Assembly (NCBI GenBank): GCA_965112155.1
Contig: OZ218110.1
Direction: 5' to 3' (one strand)
From: Podarcis liolepis
Taxonomy: Eukaryota
DNA length: 64,000 bases
Shown: piece by piece, positions 1-10,763 of the stretch
How the letters are laid out: every line of letters starts with the position of its first letter
Position numbering within the stretch: the stretch's first letter is position 1
Program-made: the position numbers and the translations under genes
Notes under the pieces: model-generated
Database searches by the model: none
Told to the model about the DNA's origin: nothing
The model's input: only the letters and a program-made list of their open reading frames with translations

Positions 1-404
1 GAACGCAGATGGTCAGGTAGCCTTCCAAGAGGTCCCCATGACACCTGGGGAGCTGGCAGGATAAGAGGCCTGCTTGGGTGAGAGGGGATGCTTTGCTGCT
101 GAAAGGGTACTGGTAGCCCACCTGCCAGGGCAGCCACTGAGACATAAAAGCCAGCAACACCTTCTGCCCTCAATAATTTTTTCTAGAACCTCCGCTATCT
201 GACTGTGTCCTCATCCAACTCAAGTAAGCCTAACGGGCCACAGATTTTCCTACTTGGGGCCACACGCACAATGACCCCCGGTCTTCTGTAGAGATTTGAA
301 ATGTCAGACAATCTAACAGATAATATTCAGCACTCCTGCCAAACTGCAAGCCTCCATGATTCTCTGCGGAGAAACCATGACATTTAAACCTTTGCAGGGA
401 TTGT

Positions 405-2738
405 GAAGAAGAATCTACAGGGGATGGGGGTAGGCCAAGGTTTTGAAAATGGTATAGGTGCAATTTACTCAGAACAAAAGGCAAAATTAATTGTGAATAA
501 TGTAGTGACAGAAGAGTTTAAGATTGAGAAAGGGACACGACAAGGTTGCCCAATTTCCCCACTGCTCTTTATATTGGTCCTTGAGGTTTTGCTAAACATG
601 ATAAGAAAGGATCAAGAGATTAAAGGTATACAAGTGGGAGTTAAACAGTATAAATTGAAAGCATTTGCTGATGATCTAGTATTGACTCTACAGGAACCAG
701 AATCTAGCACAAAGAGGGTATTGGAATTGATTCAAGAATTTGGGCAAGTAGCAGGTTTTAAGCTGAACAAGATAAAAACTAAGGTCTTAGAGAAGAACTT
801 AACTGTAAATGAGATAGAGAAAGTTCAGGAAGAGACAGGATTAACATTGGTTAAGAATGTGAAATATTTAGGGGTTAATATGACTGCTAAAAATGTAAAT
901 TTTTTTAAGGATAATTATGAAAAATGTTGGATTGAAGTGAAAAAAGATTTAGAAATATGGTCAAATTTGAAGTTATCATTACTAGGCCGAATTGCAGTGA
1001 TAAAAATGAATGTGCTGCCAAGGATGTTGTTCTTGTTTCAGTCATTACAAATTTTGGATAAGATGTATTGTTTTAAGAAGTGGCAGAAAGATATTTCCAG
1101 ATTTGTCTGGCAGGGCAAGAAGCCTCGAATAAAATTTAAGATATTAACTGATGCTAAAGAAAGAGGTGGATTTGCCCTGCCAGACCTAAAACTCTATTAT
1201 GAATCAGCTACTTTTTGTTGGCTGAGAGAATGGCTGCTACTTGAAAACACTGATGTGTTGGACCTAGAAGGTTTTAACAACATATTTGGTTGGCATGCAT
1301 ATCTGTGGTATGATAAGGTGAAAGCACATAAAGCGTTTAAAAATCATATTGTCAGGAAAGCATTGTTTAATGTATGGATAAGATACAAAGATTTGTTAGA
1401 AGAGAAAACCCCAAGATGGTTGTCACCAATGGAAGCGAAGGCACAGAAAAAACTCAATAAGGAGGCCAAATGGCCGAAATATTGGGAAATTCTGGAACAA
1501 GAGAGAGACAGACTAAAATTGCAGAGCTTTGAAAAATTGAAAAATAAAGTGCGAGATTGGCTCCATTATTATCAAATAATGGAGGCATATAATTTGGACA
1601 AAAAAGTTGGTTTCCAGATGGAAAAATCAAAATTAGAAACAGAACTGTTAGATTCCAAAATTAAGAATTTGTCAAAAATGTATAACTTGCTGTTGAAATG
1701 GAACACCCAGGATGAAACGGTGAAATCAGCTATGATTAAATGGGCACAAGATGTTGGACATAATATAATGATGGCAGACTGGGAACAGTTATGGACCACA
1801 GGTATGAAATTTACGGCATGTAATGCCCTAAGAGAAAACTTAATGAAAATGATTTATAGGTGGTACATGACACCAGTCAAGCTTGCAAAAATTTACCATT
1901 TGCCCGAAAATAAATGTTGGAAATGTAATGAGGTTGAACGCACATTCTTTCACCTTTGGTGGACATTCCCAAGGATTAAGACATTCTGGGAGATGATTTA
2001 TAATGAAATGAAAAAGGTATTGAAATATACCTTTCTGAAGAAACCAGAGGCCTTTCTCCTGGGCATGGTCGGCCAATTGGTGCCAAAGAAGGATAGAACT
2101 TTTTTATGTATGCTACAGCAGCAGCAAGAATACTCATCGCAAAATATTGGAAGACACAAGATTTACCCACCCGGGAAGAATGGCAGATGAAGTTGATGGA
2201 CTATATGGAACTGGCGGAAATGACTGGCAGAATCCGAGACCAGGGAGAAGAGTCGGTGGAAGAAGACTGGAAAAAGTTTAAAGACTATTTACAGAAATAT
2301 TGTAAAATTAAGGAATGTTAGAAAAATGTTGGAATGAAGTTATACAGCTTCAGTAGAAATGTTATAAGGAATTAAGTATAAATAGATTAACAGAGAATTA
2401 AAGGCAAAATAAGGTTAAAATGTGTTAAAATAATTATAGGATGGAAAGCAGAGGAAGATGGAAAGAAATTGCTGAAACAACTAAATAGAAGTGGAATACA
2501 AAAAGGTGTGAGGAGGTCATGGAAATAAGTGAATGAAGGATTGAAATTATTTGATGTGTTTTAAATTGTTTTTGTCTTGTTTTCTTAGTTTAAATTGTTT
2601 GTGTTTTGTTTTCCTAGTTTAAATTGTGTTTGTTAGTTTAGTGTTAGGTATTGTTTTTGTACTGTATTGTTTATTTTCTTTTTTTATGTATGTTCAATTT
2701 GTTGGAAAGTAATAAATATTATTATTATTTTAAAAAAA
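405..2738 (+). mobile_element. 5'-truncated L1-clade non-LTR retrotransposon (ORF2 reverse transcriptase + C-terminal zinc knuckle, 3'UTR, A-rich tail)
   Basis: ORF 403-2190 has the RT motifs GTRQGCPISPLLF, AFADDL and YLGV, plus a CWKC..HLWW knuckle. A frameshift near 2100 continues in ORF 2106-2321. AATAAA at 2711. Flanked by the 20-bp direct repeat TAAACCTTTGCAGGGATTGT (385-404, 2739-2758). Confidence 0.93.
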
Positions 2739-3700
2739 TAAACCTTTGCAGGGATTGTAACCTGGATATAAAAGAGAGAGGCGTTAGAGTTATTGAGGAG
2801 GCTTACAGATTCATTTTAAAAGCAGTTTTTCTACCACTACTGATGAATGTGAATGTTACAAGACAGGGGCTCCTCTACTCCTTGGGGAACATGTGTCATT
2901 GAGAGGAGCAATATTTCCTGACCAGAAAGCAGAATGCAGGTAGATTCTGGGAAAGCCTCATGTAGTTTCAGATATTATGATCAACGAGTTAGGATAAAGT
3001 TTGGGGACGTCTTGCTGCTGTGAAGCTGATCTGTAAAATAAAGAAAGGAGGCACATCCTTCGGAATAACCCTGCCATGCTGAGTACATCAGTTGCTTAAA
3101 GCATGGTGCTGATATGGCCCAGGTGGAGTTCCCGCCAGCTCCTGCACTTTGAATTGGTCAATGAGAGGCCTGCTCAGGTGAGAGGGGATCCCTCGCTGCT
3201 GAAAGGCCATTGGCTGCCCACCTGCCAGGGCAGAACAGAGCCTGTTGAGTCTTCTGCTGCACTGGTTTTAAGTAAGAAGTCAGGCCCAAAGAAACCGGTC
3301 TCGTTTCAAAATCCTTGAACGTTAAACAAGAAAGTGGTGGTGCCGGCTGCAGAGAGAACCAATTCCTTGCAAGTGCAGAACGTACCTTACGTAGCCCTGG
3401 TAAAAGTGCCAGCTCCACATATAGGGGTGTTGTACATGAATAAGGGGCTCAGACAAACATTAGCCAATCAGTGCTCCCTCATCAAAAGGCAGCAGAGAAC
3501 TAAGGTCACAATGTTCCTTCTCCATTTTGCTATTTCTGCATGTTGTCTTCTAAAGAAGATAAGGGAAGATTATATATTTTGTGTTCTCATGTTGTACTTT
3601 TATGTTCTGAACTGCTTGTGATCTGCTAATGAAGAGTAGTATACAAATTAAATAATAACAATTAAATAATCCCAATTACACTCAAGTTTCTGGAAGGACT

Positions 3701-3800
3701 TTCTGAGAACCTCACAGAATAGCCTCTTCTTGGATTGTCTGGGTGGAGCTACTGATGGGAAACATATCTCACCAAAGTTTCCCAGGATGCTATATAAGCA
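3701..3800 (+). promoter_or_regulatory. Candidate promoter of the V-less Ig-C gene: TATA box plus STAT/GAS-like sites
   Basis: TATATAA at 3791-3797, about 50 bp before an AAAATG start (3840). TTCTGAGAA (TTC-N3-GAA) at 3701-3709 and TTCCCAGGA at 3779-3787. Confidence 0.55.
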
Positions 3801-3839
3801 GGCCTGGTGGCCCACATGCCATTCACACTGAATCCTAAA

Positions 3840-3921
3840 ATGTGGGCCAAGATCTTCTTACCATATGTGGGACTCCTTTGTGGGGCCAGCCTGCCACTGA
3901 CTTCTTCCCAGGCTGATACAG
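3840..3921 (+). CDS. Exon 1: signal peptide/leader MWAKIFLPYVGLLCGASLPLTSSQADT(G)
   Basis: Basic residue, hydrophobic core, then small residues. Ends at a consensus donor CAG|GTGAGT (phase 1). TATA box upstream. Confidence 0.7.
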
Positions 3922-6900
3922 GTGAGTTTGCTTCTCTTTCCCTCCTCTTTGCAGCCTTCTCATGCATGTACCTGAAATCTGGGCATCTGGAACCACCCTT
4001 AGAAACAGAGCAATAACAACCCTTGGATTCTCTTCCTCCAACTTTTCTGCTTATTTGCCAGCAGTAAACAGGATAGTCATTCCAAAGGGACGGATCCCAT
4101 GGTTCCAAAACAAATACCTTTTTATTAACATTTGTAAGTGCCTGTTTCTGTGTGCTGAGACCTTTGTAGGTTTAGGGGAAAGCAGAGACATTCTTCTGAT
4201 AGGGGCAAAGAAGGCAGGGCTCTCACAAACTGTGTAGCTGAAATTATTTAGCTGAGATTCCTGCATTACAGGGGAAGGTTCTATCAGGGAGGTTCTATCT
4301 ATACAGGGAGCGCAGCTATCATCAAGCCTTGACTGAAGAATGGTACACTCCTTCTACCTGGTATGGTCTTCTTCTTCCACCGAGCGTGCAGCTTAGGGAG
4401 GGACACACATGAAACAGGGGGACACCTGCCTAGCCAGCCAGGTCAGTCAGATCAATGGGGTGACAGATGTCTCAGTCGGATCACCCTCACATCTGTTTTG
4501 AGACGTCTCCTGGGGCTCCCAAGTTCAATCATGTATGAGACAATGTGTGCAGAACTAGGTATACACACGATGGAATATTGGGTGTGGGCTAGCACTATAA
4601 AATACGGGTTGCATTTCCATTTTGTTGCCAGCATTTGAGTCTACTCTCTGACGGACTTACGGACTCTGATAAATCCAGAAGTTCCAACTCTTACATAGGA
4701 AAATCAGATCTATTGGTATTGACTTGGAACCCTCATATAATTCGAGTGAGCAATATATTTATTGCAATAGTCAAACCAGATTAAGGTACATTGGGGGGGG
4801 GGGGACAACAAGTCAGGTGTAAAAAAAAATTTGCTCCCCCGAGATAACAGGGTCACATATCTCAAAAATAATAAATTCTGCCCAACTCGGGACCTTTATC
4901 TTAGACCGATTGAATGTTTTCCCTTCAGCTTTTGTCAAGGGCAGATTTTTAAACATCCCCAGAAATGATAGACATTGTGGATGTTCTTTGAATGTGCCGG
5001 ACACTGTAGAACATATCCTTTTCTAATGTCTATTTTACAACCTGCTAAGCAAATGCATGCTGCCCCCCTTTTTTGGGTAGTCTAACCTCATGGCACAATG
5101 AAAACATCAGATTAACCTGGAATTAACTGCATGGGGGGCTGAGGTTTTGTTAATAGTATCTCTTGGAGTGCTAAATGGCACTATTTAGCGGGAAGAAATC
5201 CCAGTGAAATTCCTCATCATTATATATTCTACATGGCTGCTTATTTGTATATATTTTAAATGTTTTAGGATGCCCTATATTTGTAATGCCTAGAAAAGTT
5301 TTGATGAAGTAAGTAAGTAAGCATTACAGGGGGTTGGACTAGATGAGCATTGGGGTCCCTTCCAATTCTAGAATTCTATGATTCCATGAAAAGAGAATAT
5401 GCATGGGAAAGAGGGTCGGAGAGAAGGAAAATCACAGGGGTGTAGAGAAGAACAGATGGCAGACAAAAGCAAGACTGGAAGGAGTGAGATGAAAAGCAGA
5501 GGTTTTAACCTACGGCATTTATTTATTTGCTGATTTTAAAATAATTTCGAAGCTGCTTAAATCTTAAACAGTGCACTAAGCAACATAAAAACTGTAAAGC
5601 AATATCAGAAAAACCATAAAAACAGTAATATAAAGTCATTAAAAAAGCAGGAATTTCATCTGTCTGTCTGCCTGTCTATATATTTTGTTCCCTTAGGTGT
5701 AATATTGATGTGCAGTGCCTCTGGCTCTGTCCCCGAAGGCATGAGGATTACGTGGCAGGCAAGTGGCCAATCAGGTAACACCACCGACACCCGAAGTGCA
5801 CGCACTGGTAGCACAGCATACCTCAGCATTGCAGAAGTAGTCATTGCAACGGTGAACGACTTAATCTGTCGAATAAGCTTTGAAGTTACCCGAACAAAAG
5901 TCAGTGAACCTGAAGGTAAAAACTCTCGACACAGTTGGGACTTAGTTTTCCTTTGAAAAGCATGGTTTGGGAGCTGGATGATTGTTTCCAGATTGCTTAA
6001 GATCCTCTCAGGGACTGACCATTTCAAGACTGCTTCCTCCTTAATTCAGAAATTTATTTCTGCTTTCCATTATGGCCTGTTGAGATAAGACTTTCCCCAA
6101 CAGTTGCCATGATATCAGTGCTACTATTGGCTAAAGACACAACTTGAAACTGCAATCAGTCCGGTGGAGAACAGTCATTCTCCTCTTATCTCTGCAGAAA
6201 GGTTTTCACCGTTCTTGAACAATACTTGTAATGCGTATGGGGTTGCTTGTGCGTAAGCTGCCACCTCTCCAGGCTAAATTGCCTTGTTAAACCTTTCTGT
6301 CTGGACAGCCCTTCTCTTCGTTGCTGCCTCAGTCGCTAGCAGAATCCGTCAGTGGGCGTTTCTTAAACCTCTTCCAACATAAAAGTTGTTTGATGCCCAG
6401 TCTCCTCCTACTCTCCCTGCGCGGAAGTCTTCTGTGCAGGGAGGGCGTGGGTAGCGGAGGACCTGTGCTCTCCCCGATGGTGTCCAGTGAAGAGTCCTGA
6501 AGCCCTCTCGCCGATTCCCCCATCTACCCTCCTTTATCCCTGGTGTTGCGCTGATTTGCTTCCCCCTCTACTGAGCTGCCTCTCTCCCTGCTGGGCCCTT
6601 CTCCAGCATCATCTGAGAGCCTTCCCTTCGCCTCTAGCTCCGATGTCAGTTCCTTGACAATACTAAATGCATGTTTTTATATGAAGGTAACAATGGGAGA
6701 AGGAAAGGAAAGAATGTGTACCCTGCAAGGGCCAAGGTGTCTCCCACAATAATTTCCACCCCCATTAAAAACCCTTCCCACCTCCAGCCAAGGATCCTTC
6801 TAACCTTCATCTGCCTGTTGATAATGTTTACCCAGCATAGGGTGACCTAGATGAACATATGGTGCCCTTCTATTGGAGGAAGATTTCTATATCCTTGCCC

Positions 6901-7750
6901 TGGTGGCCAAGTCCACACATTTAAGGAGCTCCGTACCTAGTTAGCTGCTCCAGGAGCAACTGTGCAGAGATGGTATCATTGGATATGGGAAGTTTTTAGC
7001 TACCCTTGGTTTTCAAACCCAGCCTATACACCAATACCTTCTCTGGGAAGGCTGGGGTGCTTTTTGTGCCAGGCGCTTTCTTTATACATGTTGGGGAAAG
7101 GAACTGTGTAAATATTCCTGGAATCTCCACTATCCCACCATGTCCTCATCCAGCTCAAGGAAGCCCCATGTATGTGCCACAGATCTTCCTACTCAGGTCC
7201 ACACACCCAATAACTTCAGTTAAATCCCATTTGCTCCTTAAAGCTTTCATTAAGGATTTACACCCTCTATCTACAGATTAAAAATGTTTGTCAGAGGATC
7301 CAGCAGAAAATAATCAGCACTAAATGGTGTCATAAATGTTTTCCATCAAGTATGTCTAAAATTAATAGCTGTTGCCTCTCTCTTTCTCTCATACTTTCCC
7401 CACACCAAAACTTAAAAGACAAAGGGAACGGTCTCCATGAGAATCTCTATCGTGCCAACCATAAAGAAAGCAGCCTTCAGCGAGCACAGACAATCCTCAC
7501 TGGCATGGTCATAGGGCTCAATGCAAGTGAAGTTTCTGTCCAGTGGGTGAAGAATGTCCTCCTTGAAGGTCGCCATGTGAATCCCCGAGTCTTGAAGGGC
7601 AGCATCAAGGATTCCCTCTTGGCCCTCAGCCAGGTGGTAATCCCCTACTCTGACTGGAACAGCACTTCATACTCCTGTACGTTTACCCGCACAGCAGGCA
7701 TCGTGGAGCCCACCCAGAGGCCTGAGGAGAAATCCCAGGGTGAAAAGTGA
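3840..7750 (+). CDS. Putative V-less secreted Ig-constant-derived protein (signal peptide + short Ig C domain + IgY CH4-like domain), 3 exons: 3840-3921, 5697-5915, 7419-7750; 210 aa
   Basis: Both introns are GT..AG and phase 1. The spliced frame is open for 633 nt to TGA. Exon 3 aligns to the IgY CH4 in this window. PolyA signals ATTAAA 7796 and AATAAA 7836. Confidence 0.7.
4305..5300 (+). mobile_element. Degraded non-LTR retrotransposon remnants in intron 1
   Basis: Broken reading frame with LINE-like peptide (SVLRRLLGLP..MCAELG), a CGC-like knuckle further on and a (GTAA)n tail near 5310. Family not determined. Confidence 0.4.
5697..5915 (+). CDS. Exon 2: N-terminally shortened Ig C1-set domain (resembles IgY CH1/CH2)
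   Basis: Acceptor tattttgttcccttAG. Encodes GVILMC..ITW..LICRIS..SEPE with the C-W-C triad. Donor GAAG|GTAAAA, phase 1, 219 nt. Confidence 0.7.
6227..6659. mobile_element. Solo LTR
   Basis: Begins TGTAA, ends TGACA, 5-bp TSD ATACT (6222-6226 / 6660-6664). GC-rich relative to its flanks. Confidence 0.75.
7419..7750 (+). CDS. Exon 3: diverged IgY CH4 secretory-type terminal exon
   Basis: LYR..E..LTGMVIG..SEVSVQWVKN..P.SDWN..YSC..EKSQGEK* is colinear with IgY CH4 LFR..E..ITALVRG..SDISLKWLKN..PKADWN..YTC..EKSRGKK*. It starts at the first AG after a pyrimidine tract, in frame. Confidence 0.8.
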
Positions 7751-8589
7751 TGCAAACCCCATCCTCAGCATCACAACCTCTTCAGCCTATCCCGGATTAA
7801 ATAATTTCCTTGTATTCATGTTTGGCCTAAGGCTGAATAAAAGGGAGCAAACTCACAGATATCTCATGATGTGATCACTTGATTGAGGTGGTGGGTGGGT
7901 TCTGGAAAGAAGTGGGGAATGGATTAATCTCCCTGCAAAATCATGTTGAAGTTTGATTATTGTAGAAGCAAAGTGTGTTTAGCACATAACCATGAAGTTG
8001 ATGTTAAGATTTCAAGCCTTATCATAGAAACTGGCCACTCACCAGGCACCCGGCTTGATCTCCTTATTGACCTTCCTGTCTGCGTTTCCTGGCAGGATAC
8101 AGGCTAGGTCGCGATCGGCGATCCTCCCCAGCGTGAGAAGGACACACCACTCTTCCCTGCTCCCTGCTCCCCCCAGGGAGGGGAAAGAGATAGACAGAAA
8201 TGTATTCACATGCCTTTATTACTGTCTTTGCAGCATTACAGAGAAACGCGTCTGCACTCTTCAGACTCCAACAGCAGAGAGACAAACTCCACCTCCTGTA
8301 CTTCCTGTACAGGTCAAATTTCACTCTGAGCTAAATCCGGTGCTCAGCACAGTGAATAGACTGTCCCTTTGTTCTCACGGTACAGTCCCAAACATTCCCA
8401 TCATGTTTTGCTTTCCAGCCAGCTGCAGCTCGCTGCCGCATTGCTCCTTTTCCGTAACAGTTCACTGGGGGGAGGGGGCTTTTGGCTAGTCACTGTATCT
8501 TAGCCTATCCTTCCTCACCAGAGTTTAGACTCTCCCCGAGCACAGATTTTTGTGTCTCTCCCCCCCCCCCCAGCAGAGCTTGTCCTATA

Positions 8590-9020
8590 AAAAGAAAGGT
8601 GAGTGGAGTGACAACAATTCATTTTACTGACCAGGGTCTTCTGGCTGTTGATCATGTTTACCGAGCATCAGTTGACCTCGATGAACAGGTGGTGCAGTTC
8701 TGTTGGAGGCAGATTTTCATATCGTTGCCCTGGTGGTCCAGTCCACACATTAAGGAGCTGCGTAGCTAGCTGAGATTCCTGCTTTGCAGGGAGTTGGACT
8801 AGGTGACCCTTGGAACCCTCCCAACTCAATAATTCCACGATTCAAGGAAAAGAAAATATGCATGGGAAAGAGGGTCAGAGAGAAGGCAAATCACAGGGGT
8901 GTAGAGAAGAACGAATGGCAGACAAAAGAAAGAATTGAAGGACTAAGATGGAAAGCAGAGGTTTTAATCCAAGGCATTTATTCATTCATTGATTTTAAAA
9001 TCATTTCTAAGCTGCTTTAT
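8590..9020 (+). repeat. Local duplication of intronic segments of the V-less Ig gene
   Basis: About 8640-8770 matches about 6805-6940, and about 8780-9020 matches about 5320-5560 (e.g. atatgcatgggaaagagggtc..atcacaggggtgtagagaagaac). Confidence 0.85.
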
Positions 9021-9300
9021 ATTTAAAAATAACACATTTCAGGAGTGCAAAAAGACAATGTGCTGCTGCCGTGAAGAATGTATGAAAAATACAGAAGGTA
9101 GGCAAACCCTTCAGAATAACCCTGTCAAGAATTCCTGTGTTCATCAGAATGTCATCATAGCCCTTTCTAGATGGTCCTGCTTGTCCTTCCTTCCAAAACT
9201 ACCATTTCCTAAATGCTGCCTGTCCATCAGGTATGTTTAACTCTAATAACTGTTGCCTCTCCTTTTGTCTCATACTAACCCCCACCGGAAACTTAAAGAG

Positions 9301-9828
9301 ACAAGGCGAATGGTCCCCATGCCAATTTCTATTGCACTGCGAAGAAACCAGCCTTCAGCAAGCACAGACAATGCTCACCAGCTTGGTCACAGGGCTCAAA
9401 ACAAGTGAAGTTTCTGTTCAGTGGATTAATAATAATAATAATAATAATAATTTATACCCCACCCATTAGGCTGGGCTTCCCCAGCCATTCTGGGCAGCTC
9501 CCAACAGAATTAAAAGTACAATAAAACATCAAACATTAAAAACCTACCTAAACAGGGATGCTTTCAAATGTCTTCGAAAAGTCAGATAGTTGTTTATTTC
9601 CTTGACATCTGATGGGAGGGCACTCCACAGGGCGGGCGCCACTACTGAAAAGGCCCTCTGTCGAGTTCCCTCATTGAGGGCCAGCATGTGAACACCCAAG
9701 TATTGAAGGACAGCAGCAAGGTTTCCCTCTTGGCCTTCAGCCAGGTGATAGTTTCCTACTCTGACTGAATCAATGACACCATAAAGCTCAGCCAGAGGCC
9801 TGAGGAGAAATCCCAGAGTGAAAAATGA
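9301..9828 (+). pseudogene. Decayed duplicate of the IgY-CH4-like exon
   Basis: Paralogous to 7419-7750 (LTSLVTGLKTSEVSVQW..EEKSQSEK*). It has a frameshift near 9340, an L2 insertion after the Trp codon, an in-frame TGA at the DW position and a deletion of the YxC segment. Confidence 0.85.
9426..9668 (-). mobile_element. L2-like LINE 3' fragment inserted in the pseudo-exon
   Basis: Minus-strand peptide [26 protein letters not shown] and (ATT)n tail. Confidence 0.8.
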
Positions 9829-10763
9829 TGCACACCCCTTCCTCAGCATCGCAAGCTCTCCAGCCTATACTACATCTTTCTCTTCAGCCTATCCCGGATT
9901 CAATGATTTCCATGCTTCATCTATAGATAAATAACATCTCAATATCTCTCAGCTTAATGTACACCACAGGGGTTCTGTAATGATAATATGTAATGATAAC
10001 ACTAGATGAAGCATATCCTACTGTATCTATCCCATCTGGGGGCAAATTTCTGGTGAATGGGGCATGGGCCACCTGTCACTTTTTAGATTAGCAAATGGAA
10101 TGTCCTGTATTCTTCTTATTCTGCCATAGTTTGATAGAAAGCTTATGCCATTCATATTAAAAGGGTAGTTGCAAAATGCCGCCCTTGAACATGTTGATTT
10201 CTGTTCCTTCCTGGAGTGCAGTTCCTATGGGGATCTCTTAGCCACCTGCTACTTATTATTATAATGTTGCAAGGAACAGTGGAGAGTCATTATAAAATCT
10301 CAAAAAAGGAAATAACAGATTTGCTTTGGGGGTGGGGTTGAGGAACAGCACTCAAATGGTAAAGGACTAAACACTGGCCTCCTAGGATCATGGAAGCCCC
10401 TATAATTTGTTCCAACTGCCCAAAGCTCCAAAGACTTGCCAGAGGTTACTAGAAAATGATCAACCAGTAAACCTGAAAATTGATATAAATACGCCCCCAA
10501 GCAATGTACACCTGAGAGTAGGTGAAAAGGCGGGCAGGGCTCTGTCACTTTCCTTTCATACGTTCCCCCTTTTATTCCACCTTACATCAGCTAACCTTGC
10601 TAGCACTTAAGGCATGCATTGGTGTCTCAGTCAAAGACATAGCTGATGAATTTCCCTTAAGAGATGTGTTAGCAGAATTAGCCACCAACCTATGTAGACT
10701 GTTAAGTCTGGTAGTTTCTGTACAGAGGAGATTCTCAATCTAGAGGGATGCTTTGCTGATTAG

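Noticed and set aside
6690-6950. Possible degenerate extra Ig exon (TFICL..VYP..VT) in intron 2 of the V-less gene
   Set aside because: Needs frameshifts, has no clear acceptor or second Cys, and the duplicate at 8640-8770 does not preserve it.
3840-7750. Interpretation as an inverted IgA/IgD2 constant gene
   Set aside because: No Cys-containing tailpiece, no TM exon before the V2R, similarity is to IgY CH4, and it has its own leader exon.
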